A stretch of 64,000 nt of DNA from a virus. The stretch's first letter is position 1. Each line of letters begins with the position of its first letter. The notes under the pieces were generated by a model. It had not been told where the DNA came from, searched no databases, and was given only the letters and a program-made list of their open reading frames with translations. The stretch is from the IMG/VR virus record IMGVR_UViG_3300042402_001868, positions 32,001-96,000 of that record; one strand, 5' to 3'. The translations under genes were made by a program, and so were the position numbers. Positions 30,121-40,027 of this stretch are shown here, piece after piece.

Positions 30121-31337
30121 TAATACCAAGTGAAAATTTTTGCATTGTGCCCTGGTTTGGAATTGAAACCACACCTGTTGGCACAGTGAGACCGTGTTGT
30201 ATTGCCCGTGATGAAATTGTGGACGACAACGGTGTTGCATTTAATCTGCATTCAAGTACATTTGACCAGATTCTGAACAGTCAGTCCATGAAAGAACTAC
30301 GTCAACAATTCCTGGACAACAACCGTCCTGCGACGTGTAACAGTTGCTGGAATGTTGAAGTTGCTGGTCACAAGAGCAAGCGTTTACAAACCTTGGAATC
30401 TGACCTGGCAAAAAATCTTGACAACCAGTCTTATACTACAGATCCTATACCATTGAAATACATTGATCTTAAACTGGGCAACATCTGCAACTTAAAATGT
30501 CGTATATGTGGTGCATTTAGCAGTAGCCAGATAGCGTCGGAAAAGGTGGCAACATTGCCACCTGACCGTAAAAAACACAGCTACGAATACAAAATGTTAC
30601 GTGATGGGGCCTGGCCAAGAGAAAGCCCTGCGTTCTGGACCGAGTTAGAAAAAGTTCTGGGCCAAATCAAAAAGTTTGACATATCAGGCGGAGAACCGTT
30701 CTTGATCGAAGAGCACTTTGATATGTTACGCAACATGGTTGCTAAAGGATATTCGCATGACACAGAAATATATTACAACTCAAATGGCACAGTATATCCC
30801 GAGTCTGCAGAAGAAATTTGGAAAGATTTTCAGACTATTAAAATAGCTCTAAGCCTAGATGATATTGGATCCAGATATGAATATCAAAGATCCAACGGAA
30901 ATTGGGGGATGGTATTAACCAATTTGGAAAAGTTCAGACAACTGCGTTCAAGACACAGCAATATCATTCTAGAAGCATGTTGCACTGTGAGTGTTTATAC
31001 TGTGTTATATCTGGCAGAAATACTAGATTGGTTACATACGCAACAGCTAGATTATGTAAACATAAATTTTTTACATTATAATCCAGCATTGAGCGTTGCT
31101 AATTTGCCACAAGGGATCAAAGATCAAATAATACATCATTTAATCAGTGCGAACCAGACTGCAAATTATGAAGAAATCTCTGTTGTGATCGATTTCATGC
31201 GTCACGGAAACAGCAACAATGATCTATCAGCTACTCTGGAATTAATAACCCATTATGATCAACTAAGGTCAACTGATCTCAGAGATTCTTCTCCTGAGCT
31301 TGCAAAAATACTAAATTACCAGTATAATAAACAATGA
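30117..31337 (+). CDS. Radical SAM protein with N-terminal twitch-like domain (close paralog of 27978..29192)
   Basis: Shares DLKLGNICNLKCRICG, GTVRPCC..DEIVD and GAWP with 27978..29192. Confidence 0.85.
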   Translation: MIIPSENFCIVPWFGIETTPVGTVRPCCIARDEIVDDNGVAFNLHSSTFDQILNSQSMKELRQQFLDNNRPATCNSCWNVEVAGHKSKRLQTLESDLAKNLDNQSYTTDPIPLKYIDLKLGNICNLKCRICGAFSSSQIASEKVATLPPDRKKHSYEYKMLRDGAWPRESPAFWTELEKVLGQIKKFDISGGEPFLIEEHFDMLRNMVAKGYSHDTEIYYNSNGTVYPESAEEIWKDFQTIKIALSLDDIGSRYEYQRSNGNWGMVLTNLEKFRQLRSRHSNIILEACCTVSVYTVLYLAEILDWLHTQQLDYVNINFLHYNPALSVANLPQGIKDQIIHHLISANQTANYEEISVVIDFMRHGNSNNDLSATLELITHYDQLRSTDLRDSSPELAKILNYQYNKQ

Positions 31338-33790
31338 GTGATTCTTTAAATAAACCCCTGTGTGTTTTGCCATTTATACATGGTCTAATGGAAACAACCG
31401 ATCAACTGTTGCCGTGTTGTGCGTATGACCACCGTTATGGCAAACAATATCAAGTACATGAGTTTGATACCTGGTGGGAGTCTGGACTGACCGAGATTAG
31501 ACAAGACATGCTGGCCGGGCGAAAACACGAAGGCTGCAATCGTTGTTGGAAAGAAGAAGAACAAGGAATATCAAGTTACCGCCAGCGTCAGAATGAACAC
31601 TGGGCTCAATATCAAAATATCCAACAGCCTCTACCCAAGCCTGTATTTTTAATGATGGGAATTGGAAACTATTGTAATATCAAGTGTATCATGTGCTCCC
31701 CACAAAAAAGTAGTTTATGGGCTGACGAATACGAAAAGAATCAAAAAACATTTAACAAAATTGACATACGCTTTAATAACTACAGCAACGGTGCCTGGAG
31801 TGAACCGGAAAAAATTGAACGTCTACTAGATCGTGTGGCCACCAATGTAGAGATGTTGCACTTCAGCGGTGGAGAACCACTAATTACTCCGGAGTACAAA
31901 CAAGTACTACGTTCAGTGATCAATCCCGGCAATGTAGAATTACATATCAATACCAATTTGACCATGCTTAGTGAAGACTGGATCACATTATTAAAACAGT
32001 TTAAAACAAAAATTAATGTGAGCCTTGAGGGTGTGGGCAAGAAAAATGACTACATCAGAGAAGGATCAGACTGGTCCGTATTGGTACGCAACATAGCCCG
32101 TCTTAAAGAGGCAGGAATAGAAGTTTTTGTTAATCATGCGTTCAGCAGAACCAGTTTGTTGGCCTTGCCTGAATTGATAGAGTTTTGCACTGCTAACAAT
32201 ATATACATTAGTTTTACTCAGTTGACATTACCGACTCATTTGCTGGTGGCTGGTGCGCCAGAATCTGAAAAACAACAATTTTTAACAGCACTAGAAGGCA
32301 TGGTAAACCCGCAACATAGAGCATCAGAAATTTTTGTTTACGCAGACATTGTAAAGACAACCAAGTATGATGCAGAAAAAGATGTTGCATTTTGGAAATA
32401 CATAGACACCATGGATCAATTACATGATAAAAATTATCAAGAAATCTTCAATGTTAAACCTGATCTGAGCCAACTGTCGGACAAACCGTCAGACCGAACA
32501 CCTGAAACATTGTGTTTGGCACCATGGACTCATACTTACTTGAGTCCGCAAACTGAACGCAGAATGTGCTGTGCGTCGAGAGAACCTGCACAGAGCTTTG
32601 AACAGTATATTGATACCGCAGCCGGCACAGGCAAATACCTGCCTATCACACTAGAACAACACTGGAATGGCGATCACATGCGTAGTGTACGCACACGCAT
32701 GATGGCCGGCGAAACTCTGCCTGAGTGCGAGGTATGCAATAACAAACTATTGAATACTGATGTGTACAGAAGTTATTTTTCGCATCTATTCAAACACAAA
32801 ATTGATGAGGTATACAATACAACTGACGAAACTGGTTATACCACAATGAAGCCAGTGAGTTGGGATTATCGTTTCAGCAATCTCTGCAACTTCAAATGCA
32901 GAACCTGCGGGGACATGTTGTCAAGTGCCTGGGAAACAGAACAAAAACAAACCAATATGACTGACTGGAGCAAACCCAGAAACAACTGGATGCGTCCCGA
33001 AATAAGAACACAAATATCAGCATTTCAAGACAGTCAAATTGAACAAGAATTTTCAGACGCTGTGGAAGAACACCGTGTGGAGGAAATATACTGGGTAGGC
33101 GGGGAACCCTTGATGTTTGAACAGCACTGGCGCTACATGAAACGCATAGTAGATTTGAGAGACGGACCACGGGTATATGCACGATATAACACAAATCTCA
33201 GCAGGGTAGATTATAAAGGCGTGAATCTTTATCGAGACATTCTTACTCATATCCGTGACTGGCAGATTTGTGCTAGTTTGGATGGTACAGGTGTCACCGG
33301 TGAGTACATACGCACAGGATTAAATTATGAAGAATTCTGTAGAAACTTTGAACAAGGTATTGCTATAAAACAACACAAGAGACAAATGCGACTGGACTTT
33401 ACACTCACACTGCCGGGAATGACAGAAATTTTGGCAATGGAACAGTTGGCAGCATCATATGGGGTGGAGTTATTGGCCAAAGTAATCTTTAGTTTTACTC
33501 CTGATATCATAATGAGTCCATTGGCTCTGCCCAGACCGTTGTTAACGGATTGGATCAACGAATTAATGCCCAAATGCCAAACACAAGTCATGCGTGATAT
33601 GCTGTTGCAATTGCAGTCTAGACCAACGTTTGAAGAACAATGGCCCAGCGAGTATCAAGCAGGATTACGTAAAGGAAAGAATCGTGTGCTACAAATAGAA
33701 CGCATACGAACAGCGCCAACAGATATGGCTACAATATTGAATGCAAGACCTGATGTTAAAGAATGGTGGGACCAAATTGGAACAGATTGA
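31334..33790 (+). CDS. Tandem double twitch-radical SAM fusion protein (818 aa)
   Basis: Two complete modules, CNIKCIMC+SGGEP and CNFKCRTC+VGGEP, each preceded by its own C..P(F/W)..CC..CxxC segment. Confidence 0.8.
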   Translation: MSDSLNKPLCVLPFIHGLMETTDQLLPCCAYDHRYGKQYQVHEFDTWWESGLTEIRQDMLAGRKHEGCNRCWKEEEQGISSYRQRQNEHWAQYQNIQQPLPKPVFLMMGIGNYCNIKCIMCSPQKSSLWADEYEKNQKTFNKIDIRFNNYSNGAWSEPEKIERLLDRVATNVEMLHFSGGEPLITPEYKQVLRSVINPGNVELHINTNLTMLSEDWITLLKQFKTKINVSLEGVGKKNDYIREGSDWSVLVRNIARLKEAGIEVFVNHAFSRTSLLALPELIEFCTANNIYISFTQLTLPTHLLVAGAPESEKQQFLTALEGMVNPQHRASEIFVYADIVKTTKYDAEKDVAFWKYIDTMDQLHDKNYQEIFNVKPDLSQLSDKPSDRTPETLCLAPWTHTYLSPQTERRMCCASREPAQSFEQYIDTAAGTGKYLPITLEQHWNGDHMRSVRTRMMAGETLPECEVCNNKLLNTDVYRSYFSHLFKHKIDEVYNTTDETGYTTMKPVSWDYRFSNLCNFKCRTCGDMLSSAWETEQKQTNMTDWSKPRNNWMRPEIRTQISAFQDSQIEQEFSDAVEEHRVEEIYWVGGEPLMFEQHWRYMKRIVDLRDGPRVYARYNTNLSRVDYKGVNLYRDILTHIRDWQICASLDGTGVTGEYIRTGLNYEEFCRNFEQGIAIKQHKRQMRLDFTLTLPGMTEILAMEQLAASYGVELLAKVIFSFTPDIIMSPLALPRPLLTDWINELMPKCQTQVMRDMLLQLQSRPTFEEQWPSEYQAGLRKGKNRVLQIERIRTAPTDMATILNARPDVKEWWDQIGTD

Positions 33791-34847
33791 AATAACTTTA
33801 AGAAATACACAAACAGGCAAGTTATTGTCGGTGTATGTGGATGTTGAAGACAATAGTCTGAGTCGACGTTGGCTTGGGGCATTAAATCACTTGCTGGAAA
33901 AGAATCTTCATTTAGAAAAGAACTACTGCTGGTTTGGATGGCATGCAGGACCTAGAACAGCAGAATACATATGTGATCAAATTAATCAGTCAATCGCAGC
34001 CATCAATGCAGCCGACATGGGCTATCAAATTACAGATCATTTTGATACCATGAATACCATCACTGCAGGTGCTGTAGGCGATGGCTTGCCTGGTGGCAAG
34101 CTAGTACACCACAAGCTGAATCAACTGCATCGTTACTTTGAAGACCTGCAAGGAGTATCGGGAGCAATGAGTCCATTTTATACTCGTGCAGATGCTGCCA
34201 CTCGCTGGCATATTAGACAATTAAACTTGCTGTGTCACGAATACGAAAGCCTAGTACTGAGCATGCGAAAAGCACAACATGCCCCAGAATGGGTGCGGCC
34301 TAGTCAACTCATGTGTTGGTTAAATGCACCACGTTTTGAACTAGAATCTGAAGATTATGATCTGTTTGGTATAGAAACAATCAATCGCAGTCTAGGCGGT
34401 GTGTATGTGGGTGTGAACAAAGCAGTGGGCAAGCATCATTGGGAAGTGTTTCACGATGAGGGGCGCGATAGTCGCATGGATGAATTAACTACCACAACAC
34501 TACGATCACAAACAGAAGCCGCAGGAGACTTTGATATAGAGTGGGCGCGAGATCCAGGCGCCTATCCCTGGCAGATCAACCAGTTAGCAGAGTTCCGCGA
34601 ATGGTTGGTGGCCAATGGGTTTGATCCTGACAACAAAGCACTCACTATAGGTCACCCCAAGATTGCACAAGTAAACCTGCTCAAGACATTTGGCACAACG
34701 GATGCTGCCACAATCTGGACCATTTTAAATGACTATTTAGATGTGTATAAAATAACAACTAGCCAAGCTAGTGCTATATACAGCTATCACTGGAGCGATG
34801 CAGACTTTGTTGATCGTCAAATACAGTGTATTACACAAGGACCATAA
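33741..34847 (+). CDS. Hypothetical protein (His/Glu-containing helical motifs)
   Basis: 368-aa ORF inside the operon; the start may be the TTG at 33777. No family recognised. Confidence 0.6.
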   Translation: MQDLMLKNGGTKLEQIEITLRNTQTGKLLSVYVDVEDNSLSRRWLGALNHLLEKNLHLEKNYCWFGWHAGPRTAEYICDQINQSIAAINAADMGYQITDHFDTMNTITAGAVGDGLPGGKLVHHKLNQLHRYFEDLQGVSGAMSPFYTRADAATRWHIRQLNLLCHEYESLVLSMRKAQHAPEWVRPSQLMCWLNAPRFELESEDYDLFGIETINRSLGGVYVGVNKAVGKHHWEVFHDEGRDSRMDELTTTTLRSQTEAAGDFDIEWARDPGAYPWQINQLAEFREWLVANGFDPDNKALTIGHPKIAQVNLLKTFGTTDAATIWTILNDYLDVYKITTSQASAIYSYHWSDADFVDRQIQCITQGP

Positions 34848-34848
34848 T

Positions 34849-34950
34849 ATGAACTGGCTTAAAAACTTATACAATAGAATTCGATTAGAAATTCGCTATC
34901 GCCGAAAACTAAAAGAACTGCGCAAAAGAGATCCATTTATCTACAAATGA
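34849..34950 (+). CDS. 33-aa basic peptide coupled to the carbamoyltransferase (not in ORF track)
   Basis: Reads MNWLKNLYNRIRLEIRYRRKLKELRKRDPFIYK*. It starts 1 nt after the upstream stop and has an ATGA overlap with 34947. Confidence 0.65.
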   Translation: MNWLKNLYNRIRLEIRYRRKLKELRKRDPFIYK

Positions 34951-36422
34951 AAATACTAGGAATTTCAGCAGGGTTTCACGACGCTGCCGTTACTGTAATT
35001 CATAATGGCGATATTCTTTTTGCTGGACATAGCGAGCGGTATTCAAAGCAAAAGAATGATGCCAACATCTGCTCTGAACTGTTACAGGATGCTGTCAACG
35101 GCACAGTAGATCATGTGGCTTACTATGAGCGTCCGTGGTTGAAACAACTGCGACAATGGTATGCTGGCCAAGGCATTGAGTGGAACAAATTCACTCTAAA
35201 ACAAGTGCTGGAGCAACAGGTGCCCGAAGTAATGCAGGCAGCACCCAGCACAAGCACACACAATCATCATGCTTGCCATGCGGCAGCAGGATTCCAAACA
35301 AGCCCGTATGATCGTGCCACTGTAGTAGTAATAGATGCAGTGGGCGAGTTTGACACAATAACAATTTGGGCGGCAGAATATGATTCTAAAGGCATGGCAA
35401 AGTATCAAAAACTTTGGGCACAACATTATCCACATTCAATTGGACTGTTCTACAGTGCGGCTACTAGCAGTGTTGGCCTACGCCCACTAGACGAAGAATA
35501 CATCTTAATGGGTATGGCCGCTTATGGCAATGCTACGCAAGCGGTTAGCATGCAAAAACTAGTAAAAGACTCAGACAAAATTCAATTCCGTGACAATCTG
35601 CACACGGGCATTGACAGTCGATATCTACAGGATCTTGAAGAATTTGACATTGCTGCCGGGGCACAAGCCATTGCAGAACAATTAATTAACTCAGTCATGC
35701 GCAGAGCACGTGACTTCAACTTCAGTACTAATTTAGTCTACATGGGCGGTGTGGCTCTTAACTGTAGTGCTAATCGTAATTTAGGAAAATACTTTGATAA
35801 CATTTGGATTATGCCTTGCCCCAGCGACGCTGGTTCTAGCCTGGGCGCGGCAGCACTAGCTTACAGGAAACAAATACATTGGACCAATGCCTATCTGGGC
35901 CATGATATCTCTGGTGATTATCCTGTCACTGATGTTATGGACAACCTGTTACGGGATAAAATTGTGGGGGTGGCCAGCGGTCGTGCTGAATTTGGACCCA
36001 GGGCTCTGGGCAATAGATCACTATTGGCAGACCCACGTGGCGCAGACATAAAAGATCGTGTGAATGAAATCAAGCGCAGACAGCAATTCAGACCGTTTGC
36101 ACCTGTGATTCTTGAAGAGCATGTGGATATGTATTTTGACATGCCCCGGGGTTTCTCTGACAGTAGATATATGCAAGTGATTGCTCGCTGTAGGCATCCT
36201 CACATATTTCCTGCCATTGTTCATCGCGACGGAACTAGTCGTGTACAAACAGTTCCCCGAGATGGCTCGGGAATTCGACTGCTACTAGAAGCATGGTACG
36301 CAAAAACAGGCTGTCCTATGTTGCTTAACACAAGTTTAAACATACGTGGAGAACCCATGGTAAATGATCGTGCAGATGCCGACCGATTTGAAGAGTTATA
36401 CAATGTAAAGGTATGTTCATAA
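34947..36422 (+). CDS. Carbamoyltransferase, NodU/CmcH/TobZ family
   Basis: ILGISAGFHDAA, HHACHAAAG, DAVGE, GGVALN, DAGSSLG, EFGPRALGNRS, RPFAP, HRDGTSRVQTV, LNTSLN. Confidence 0.93.
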   Translation: MKILGISAGFHDAAVTVIHNGDILFAGHSERYSKQKNDANICSELLQDAVNGTVDHVAYYERPWLKQLRQWYAGQGIEWNKFTLKQVLEQQVPEVMQAAPSTSTHNHHACHAAAGFQTSPYDRATVVVIDAVGEFDTITIWAAEYDSKGMAKYQKLWAQHYPHSIGLFYSAATSSVGLRPLDEEYILMGMAAYGNATQAVSMQKLVKDSDKIQFRDNLHTGIDSRYLQDLEEFDIAAGAQAIAEQLINSVMRRARDFNFSTNLVYMGGVALNCSANRNLGKYFDNIWIMPCPSDAGSSLGAAALAYRKQIHWTNAYLGHDISGDYPVTDVMDNLLRDKIVGVASGRAEFGPRALGNRSLLADPRGADIKDRVNEIKRRQQFRPFAPVILEEHVDMYFDMPRGFSDSRYMQVIARCRHPHIFPAIVHRDGTSRVQTVPRDGSGIRLLLEAWYAKTGCPMLLNTSLNIRGEPMVNDRADADRFEELYNVKVCS

Positions 36423-36423
36423 T

Positions 36424-37704
36424 ATGGACAATAAAAGAGTTTTCCCGATCAACACCGACACTGGGTGTTTGTTAAAATGGGCATGGTCAACTGTGTTTCT
36501 TCGTCAAGGCACAAGTTCCAGCTGTCATAGAACAGATCAAGCACCAATACCCCCGGGAGATTTTGCAAGTTTTCATAACTTACCTAACAAAGTTGCCGCA
36601 CGTGAATTGATGTTGCAGGGCGGTTGGCCACAAGGCGGATGTCAGTACTGCGAAAAGATTGAAGCAGCCGGGGGCATGAGCGATCGTCAGTATCAACTGC
36701 ATGCTGGACATGATCATGATCGTACTCCTAGAGAACTGTTGCAAGACCCCACGCAAACAGAAGTTGTGCCCACCATACTAGAAGTGTATTTTAACAATAC
36801 CTGTAACATGAGTTGCTTGTACTGCGGTAGTCATTTCAGTTCAAAGTGGGAAGAAGAAAACAAACGGTTTGGCATGTACGAGAACACTCCCAAGACAGTG
36901 GCATTTGGCTGGGACACCAAACAACCAGACCTAGACTATGATAAAATGCTGGCTGATTTCTGGAAATATCTCCACGACAAAGATAGATATCTACACATTA
37001 GACAATATCAAATTGCCGGAGGCGAGCCATTCCATCAGGTAGAACTGGAAGCCAGTATAGACTTTTGGGATAACCATCCCAATCCTGAACTAACATTTAA
37101 TTTTATTACCAATTTAAAAGTCACCCCCAAGAAGTTTCAATCCACTATTGACCGCTTGGGTCGCATGGTAGATCAAGGCAAACTCAAACGTGTACAAATT
37201 AGTTCAAGCCTGGATGCCTGGGGACCGCAACAGGAGTATGTGCGGTGGGGACTAGACTTGGCAGAGTGGCAGGAAAACTTTGAATATTGCCTGGACAAAC
37301 CATTTATTCAACAGTGTATCAATTCAGCAATCAATCCCTTGACTGTGAAGACCATGCCAGAATTGATTCACAGAATGAATGATTGGAATGATCGCTGTTC
37401 ACCCAACAAGCAAATTGCCTACAGCTTTATGACAGTGATGGCACCAAACTGGATGGATCCTGCTATCTTTGGTGCAGGCGTGTTTGAACAAGACTTTGAA
37501 AAAATACTTGCAGCCATGCGGGAAAACACCGACATGGAACGCAGTGCCAAGCATCACATGGAAGGCATTGGGCGACAAATTGCTGCCGCACCACGCAACA
37601 TTGAACTAATCAATGGACTTAAAGATTATGTTACTGAACTTGATCGCCGTAGAGGAACACAATGGCAGGAACTATTTCCCTGGCTTGATCAGGACTGGAA
37701 ATAA
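36424..37704 (+). CDS. Radical SAM protein with N-terminal twitch-like domain
   Basis: CNMSCLYC and AGGEP; CLLKW..SCHR..CQYCE. Confidence 0.85.
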   Translation: MDNKRVFPINTDTGCLLKWAWSTVFLRQGTSSSCHRTDQAPIPPGDFASFHNLPNKVAARELMLQGGWPQGGCQYCEKIEAAGGMSDRQYQLHAGHDHDRTPRELLQDPTQTEVVPTILEVYFNNTCNMSCLYCGSHFSSKWEEENKRFGMYENTPKTVAFGWDTKQPDLDYDKMLADFWKYLHDKDRYLHIRQYQIAGGEPFHQVELEASIDFWDNHPNPELTFNFITNLKVTPKKFQSTIDRLGRMVDQGKLKRVQISSSLDAWGPQQEYVRWGLDLAEWQENFEYCLDKPFIQQCINSAINPLTVKTMPELIHRMNDWNDRCSPNKQIAYSFMTVMAPNWMDPAIFGAGVFEQDFEKILAAMRENTDMERSAKHHMEGIGRQIAAAPRNIELINGLKDYVTELDRRRGTQWQELFPWLDQDWK

Positions 37705-38972
37705 GGCGCCCACTCGGGTACAACATCTACTAACTTCTTTTTGCTCACAGTGTCTTCGAGTCGAATATGCTCAATGAACTGTGGTAGATAAGCAGGGTCG
37801 TATGGTGTTGATTCTATCACACTGATCACACGATCCACCAGCTGTGTGTAGTAAGTTTCGTATATGGCTGTGTTGTTTGCAAAACGTTCACGACCTGACC
37901 GCAATCTGCTCAATGCAATTTCACGTAGTTCAGGCGGCACAGCACCTTGCCCCAGGTGATCAACTCGGAACACAGGACTGATGTTGATAAAGCTACCAGC
38001 TACATCTTCAGGATTGTGCGGCCCAAACCCGGACTCGTAACACCAGTTGATAAAATCCATTGCACTGAATACATTTATACCAGTTAACACATAGTTAACA
38101 ACTGTGCTGATATATTCATGATCCATTAGTTCCAGTGCATTTGCACTTAGACTGGCCCATTTAGCACCTCTACGTTGATATTCAATCACATCACCCACAC
38201 CATCAACACTGACATTGTAGATAACCTGTTTGAATTTACGGAACTTTTCGTCCAGTGCAGATGCGCTACTACTGGCATTGGTCAACAGTGTGATAAGAAT
38301 ATTTTTGGCTAGATCTTTTTCTATTAGATAATCCATTATTTCATGCACCTGGCTTTGCAGTGCAGTCTCGCCACCAGTGAAGTTGATCAATTGCACTTTG
38401 TCCAGTACTGAATAAAAGTCGGGATCAGCGGCGTTGAGTACAATTTTTTCTTGTTTCTTCATTACCTGTACTTCAAATGTTTGACGCTTGCTAGATGCAC
38501 CACCAGCACACATCACACAAGAATAGTTGCAGTAGTTGCTGGGATAATAGTCTAGAGTAATAATATCGTGAACATTGTAATCGTCGTTGATAATTTGTTT
38601 AACTTCAGACACAATGTCTGACTGCAAAAACTGTGCAAGAAATTTATTATTCTGTTGTCTAGGACTTGATACACCAGACTTTTCGTTATAGCTACAAGAT
38701 CTGCAGTCATAGATGTCGTGAAACTTGTCCTGAACAAAATCTTGTCGCATTTGTTTCCATACCGGTGCATTGCGTGTGTTGTGTATGCTGTTGTTTGTGA
38801 TGTTCCATTTGTTCATGTCGTCAGACATGACAATACTGCAAGGACGCACACTGTTGGGCATGCCTTGTTGAGCAATGGGAATAACATTGTTGGTTTGATA
38901 AAATGCCCCAAAGAATGGATACAAACAGATGTGCTTGCCTAGTTCTTGATATATGTTATCTAAATTGTTCAT
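37689..38972 (-). CDS. Radical SAM protein with N-terminal twitch-like domain
   Basis: CNYSCVMC and TGGET; CLYPF..RPC..CRSC. ATG at 38972 overlaps the upstream TGA. Converges on and overlaps 36424..37704. Confidence 0.8.
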   Translation of the reverse strand: MNNLDNIYQELGKHICLYPFFGAFYQTNNVIPIAQQGMPNSVRPCSIVMSDDMNKWNITNNSIHNTRNAPVWKQMRQDFVQDKFHDIYDCRSCSYNEKSGVSSPRQQNNKFLAQFLQSDIVSEVKQIINDDYNVHDIITLDYYPSNYCNYSCVMCAGGASSKRQTFEVQVMKKQEKIVLNAADPDFYSVLDKVQLINFTGGETALQSQVHEIMDYLIEKDLAKNILITLLTNASSSASALDEKFRKFKQVIYNVSVDGVGDVIEYQRRGAKWASLSANALELMDHEYISTVVNYVLTGINVFSAMDFINWCYESGFGPHNPEDVAGSFINISPVFRVDHLGQGAVPPELREIALSRLRSGRERFANNTAIYETYYTQLVDRVISVIESTPYDPAYLPQFIEHIRLEDTVSKKKLVDVVPEWAPYFQS

Positions 38973-40027
38973 CAAATTCTTTCTTTACAAAGAGCAATCA
39001 AGCTAGGGTTGAAATTGATTGTGCTGTCGGGTATGTCTACATGTTGTTTATAAATTGCCACTAGATTATTCACAGTAACGTCATGAAGTTCATGCCCAGC
39101 GTTGCCAATTACATCATGCTCGGTATAGCTACTCCAGGTGCCCCAGTCTTCTAGTCTATTGATCACCCCACGGAACTGGTATCGATAGCACAAGTCTACA
39201 AAATTTTGCATGTCACTGTAGTTGTCTTTTTGCAGTACAAACTTTAACAGTACTTCGGATTTGGTTTGATCGCACAATGCTCGCAAATAATCAAAGTTCT
39301 TGATCAGTTGTGTAAATGTTCCGCCGAGTCTAACTTTCTCGTATACCTCGGCTGAGCCTGCATCTATGCTGATAAAATACTGTGTGATGTTGTTGATAAT
39401 AGGAGAATCGGTTAATTGCTTTTCTAACAACAGCCCGTTTGTAAACAGTCTTATGGTTTGATTTTTCTTGGGTACAAATCTATGTATCAATGGGCGCATG
39501 ATGTGGCTGGCCAATGGGTCACCATTTCCAGACATTACTATGTGTATCGGATGCTCAAACTTTTCCAGCATGTCCACCAGGTGATTGACCTGTGCTAGTT
39601 TACGATCAAAATCGCTGCCACTGCTGAGCATTACAGCAGATGGTCTGCAACTGGGACATCTTAGATTACAACTTTCATCTATGTTGATTGAAAGATAATA
39701 TCCTTGTTGATGCACAGATTTATCCAACACACCACACCGGTCCACAGCACAGTGAGTAAACTCTCCAGAATCTATGTCTTGTTGTAGTAGTTTAGCAGAT
39801 GGACTGGACCATACTTGATTTAAGTTAGTAAAATCGGATATGTTGCCCACTGATATTGGCAGCCAAGCTTCACATGAACACACAAAGCATTCGCCAGTCC
39901 AGTCTACCACAAGTTGTGTCGACGGAGCATTGCAATAATTGTTGATTTTTAATTTTAAATCTTTGTTTCGCAGTATTGATTTGTAACTGTGTTGATTCTG
40001 TATGGGAATAGTAAATTGATAACTCAT
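38972..40027 (-). CDS. Radical SAM protein with N-terminal Cys-rich module
   Basis: CNLRCPSC, GNGDP, FTNG, SIDA. Start at the ATG at 40027 (ATGA overlap). Confidence 0.8.
   Translation of the reverse strand: MSYQFTIPIQNQHSYKSILRNKDLKLKINNYCNAPSTQLVVDWTGECFVCSCEAWLPISVGNISDFTNLNQVWSSPSAKLLQQDIDSGEFTHCAVDRCGVLDKSVHQQGYYLSINIDESCNLRCPSCRPSAVMLSSGSDFDRKLAQVNHLVDMLEKFEHPIHIVMSGNGDPLASHIMRPLIHRFVPKKNQTIRLFTNGLLLEKQLTDSPIINNITQYFISIDAGSAEVYEKVRLGGTFTQLIKNFDYLRALCDQTKSEVLLKFVLQKDNYSDMQNFVDLCYRYQFRGVINRLEDWGTWSSYTEHDVIGNAGHELHDVTVNNLVAIYKQHVDIPDSTINFNPSLIALCKERI

Noticed and set aside
27978-31337. Similar radical SAM pair as a diversity-generating retroelement TR/VR or a recent exact duplication
   Set aside because: The similarity is at protein level with synonymous divergence, is not adenine-specific, and no reverse transcriptase is present.
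34947-36422. Carbamoyltransferase as proof of carbamoylated 5-hydroxymethylcytosine DNA
   Set aside because: Such phage enzymes exist, but no dCMP hydroxymethylase or other base-modification gene is visible here and the context is sugar enzymes. Kept only as an alternative hypothesis.
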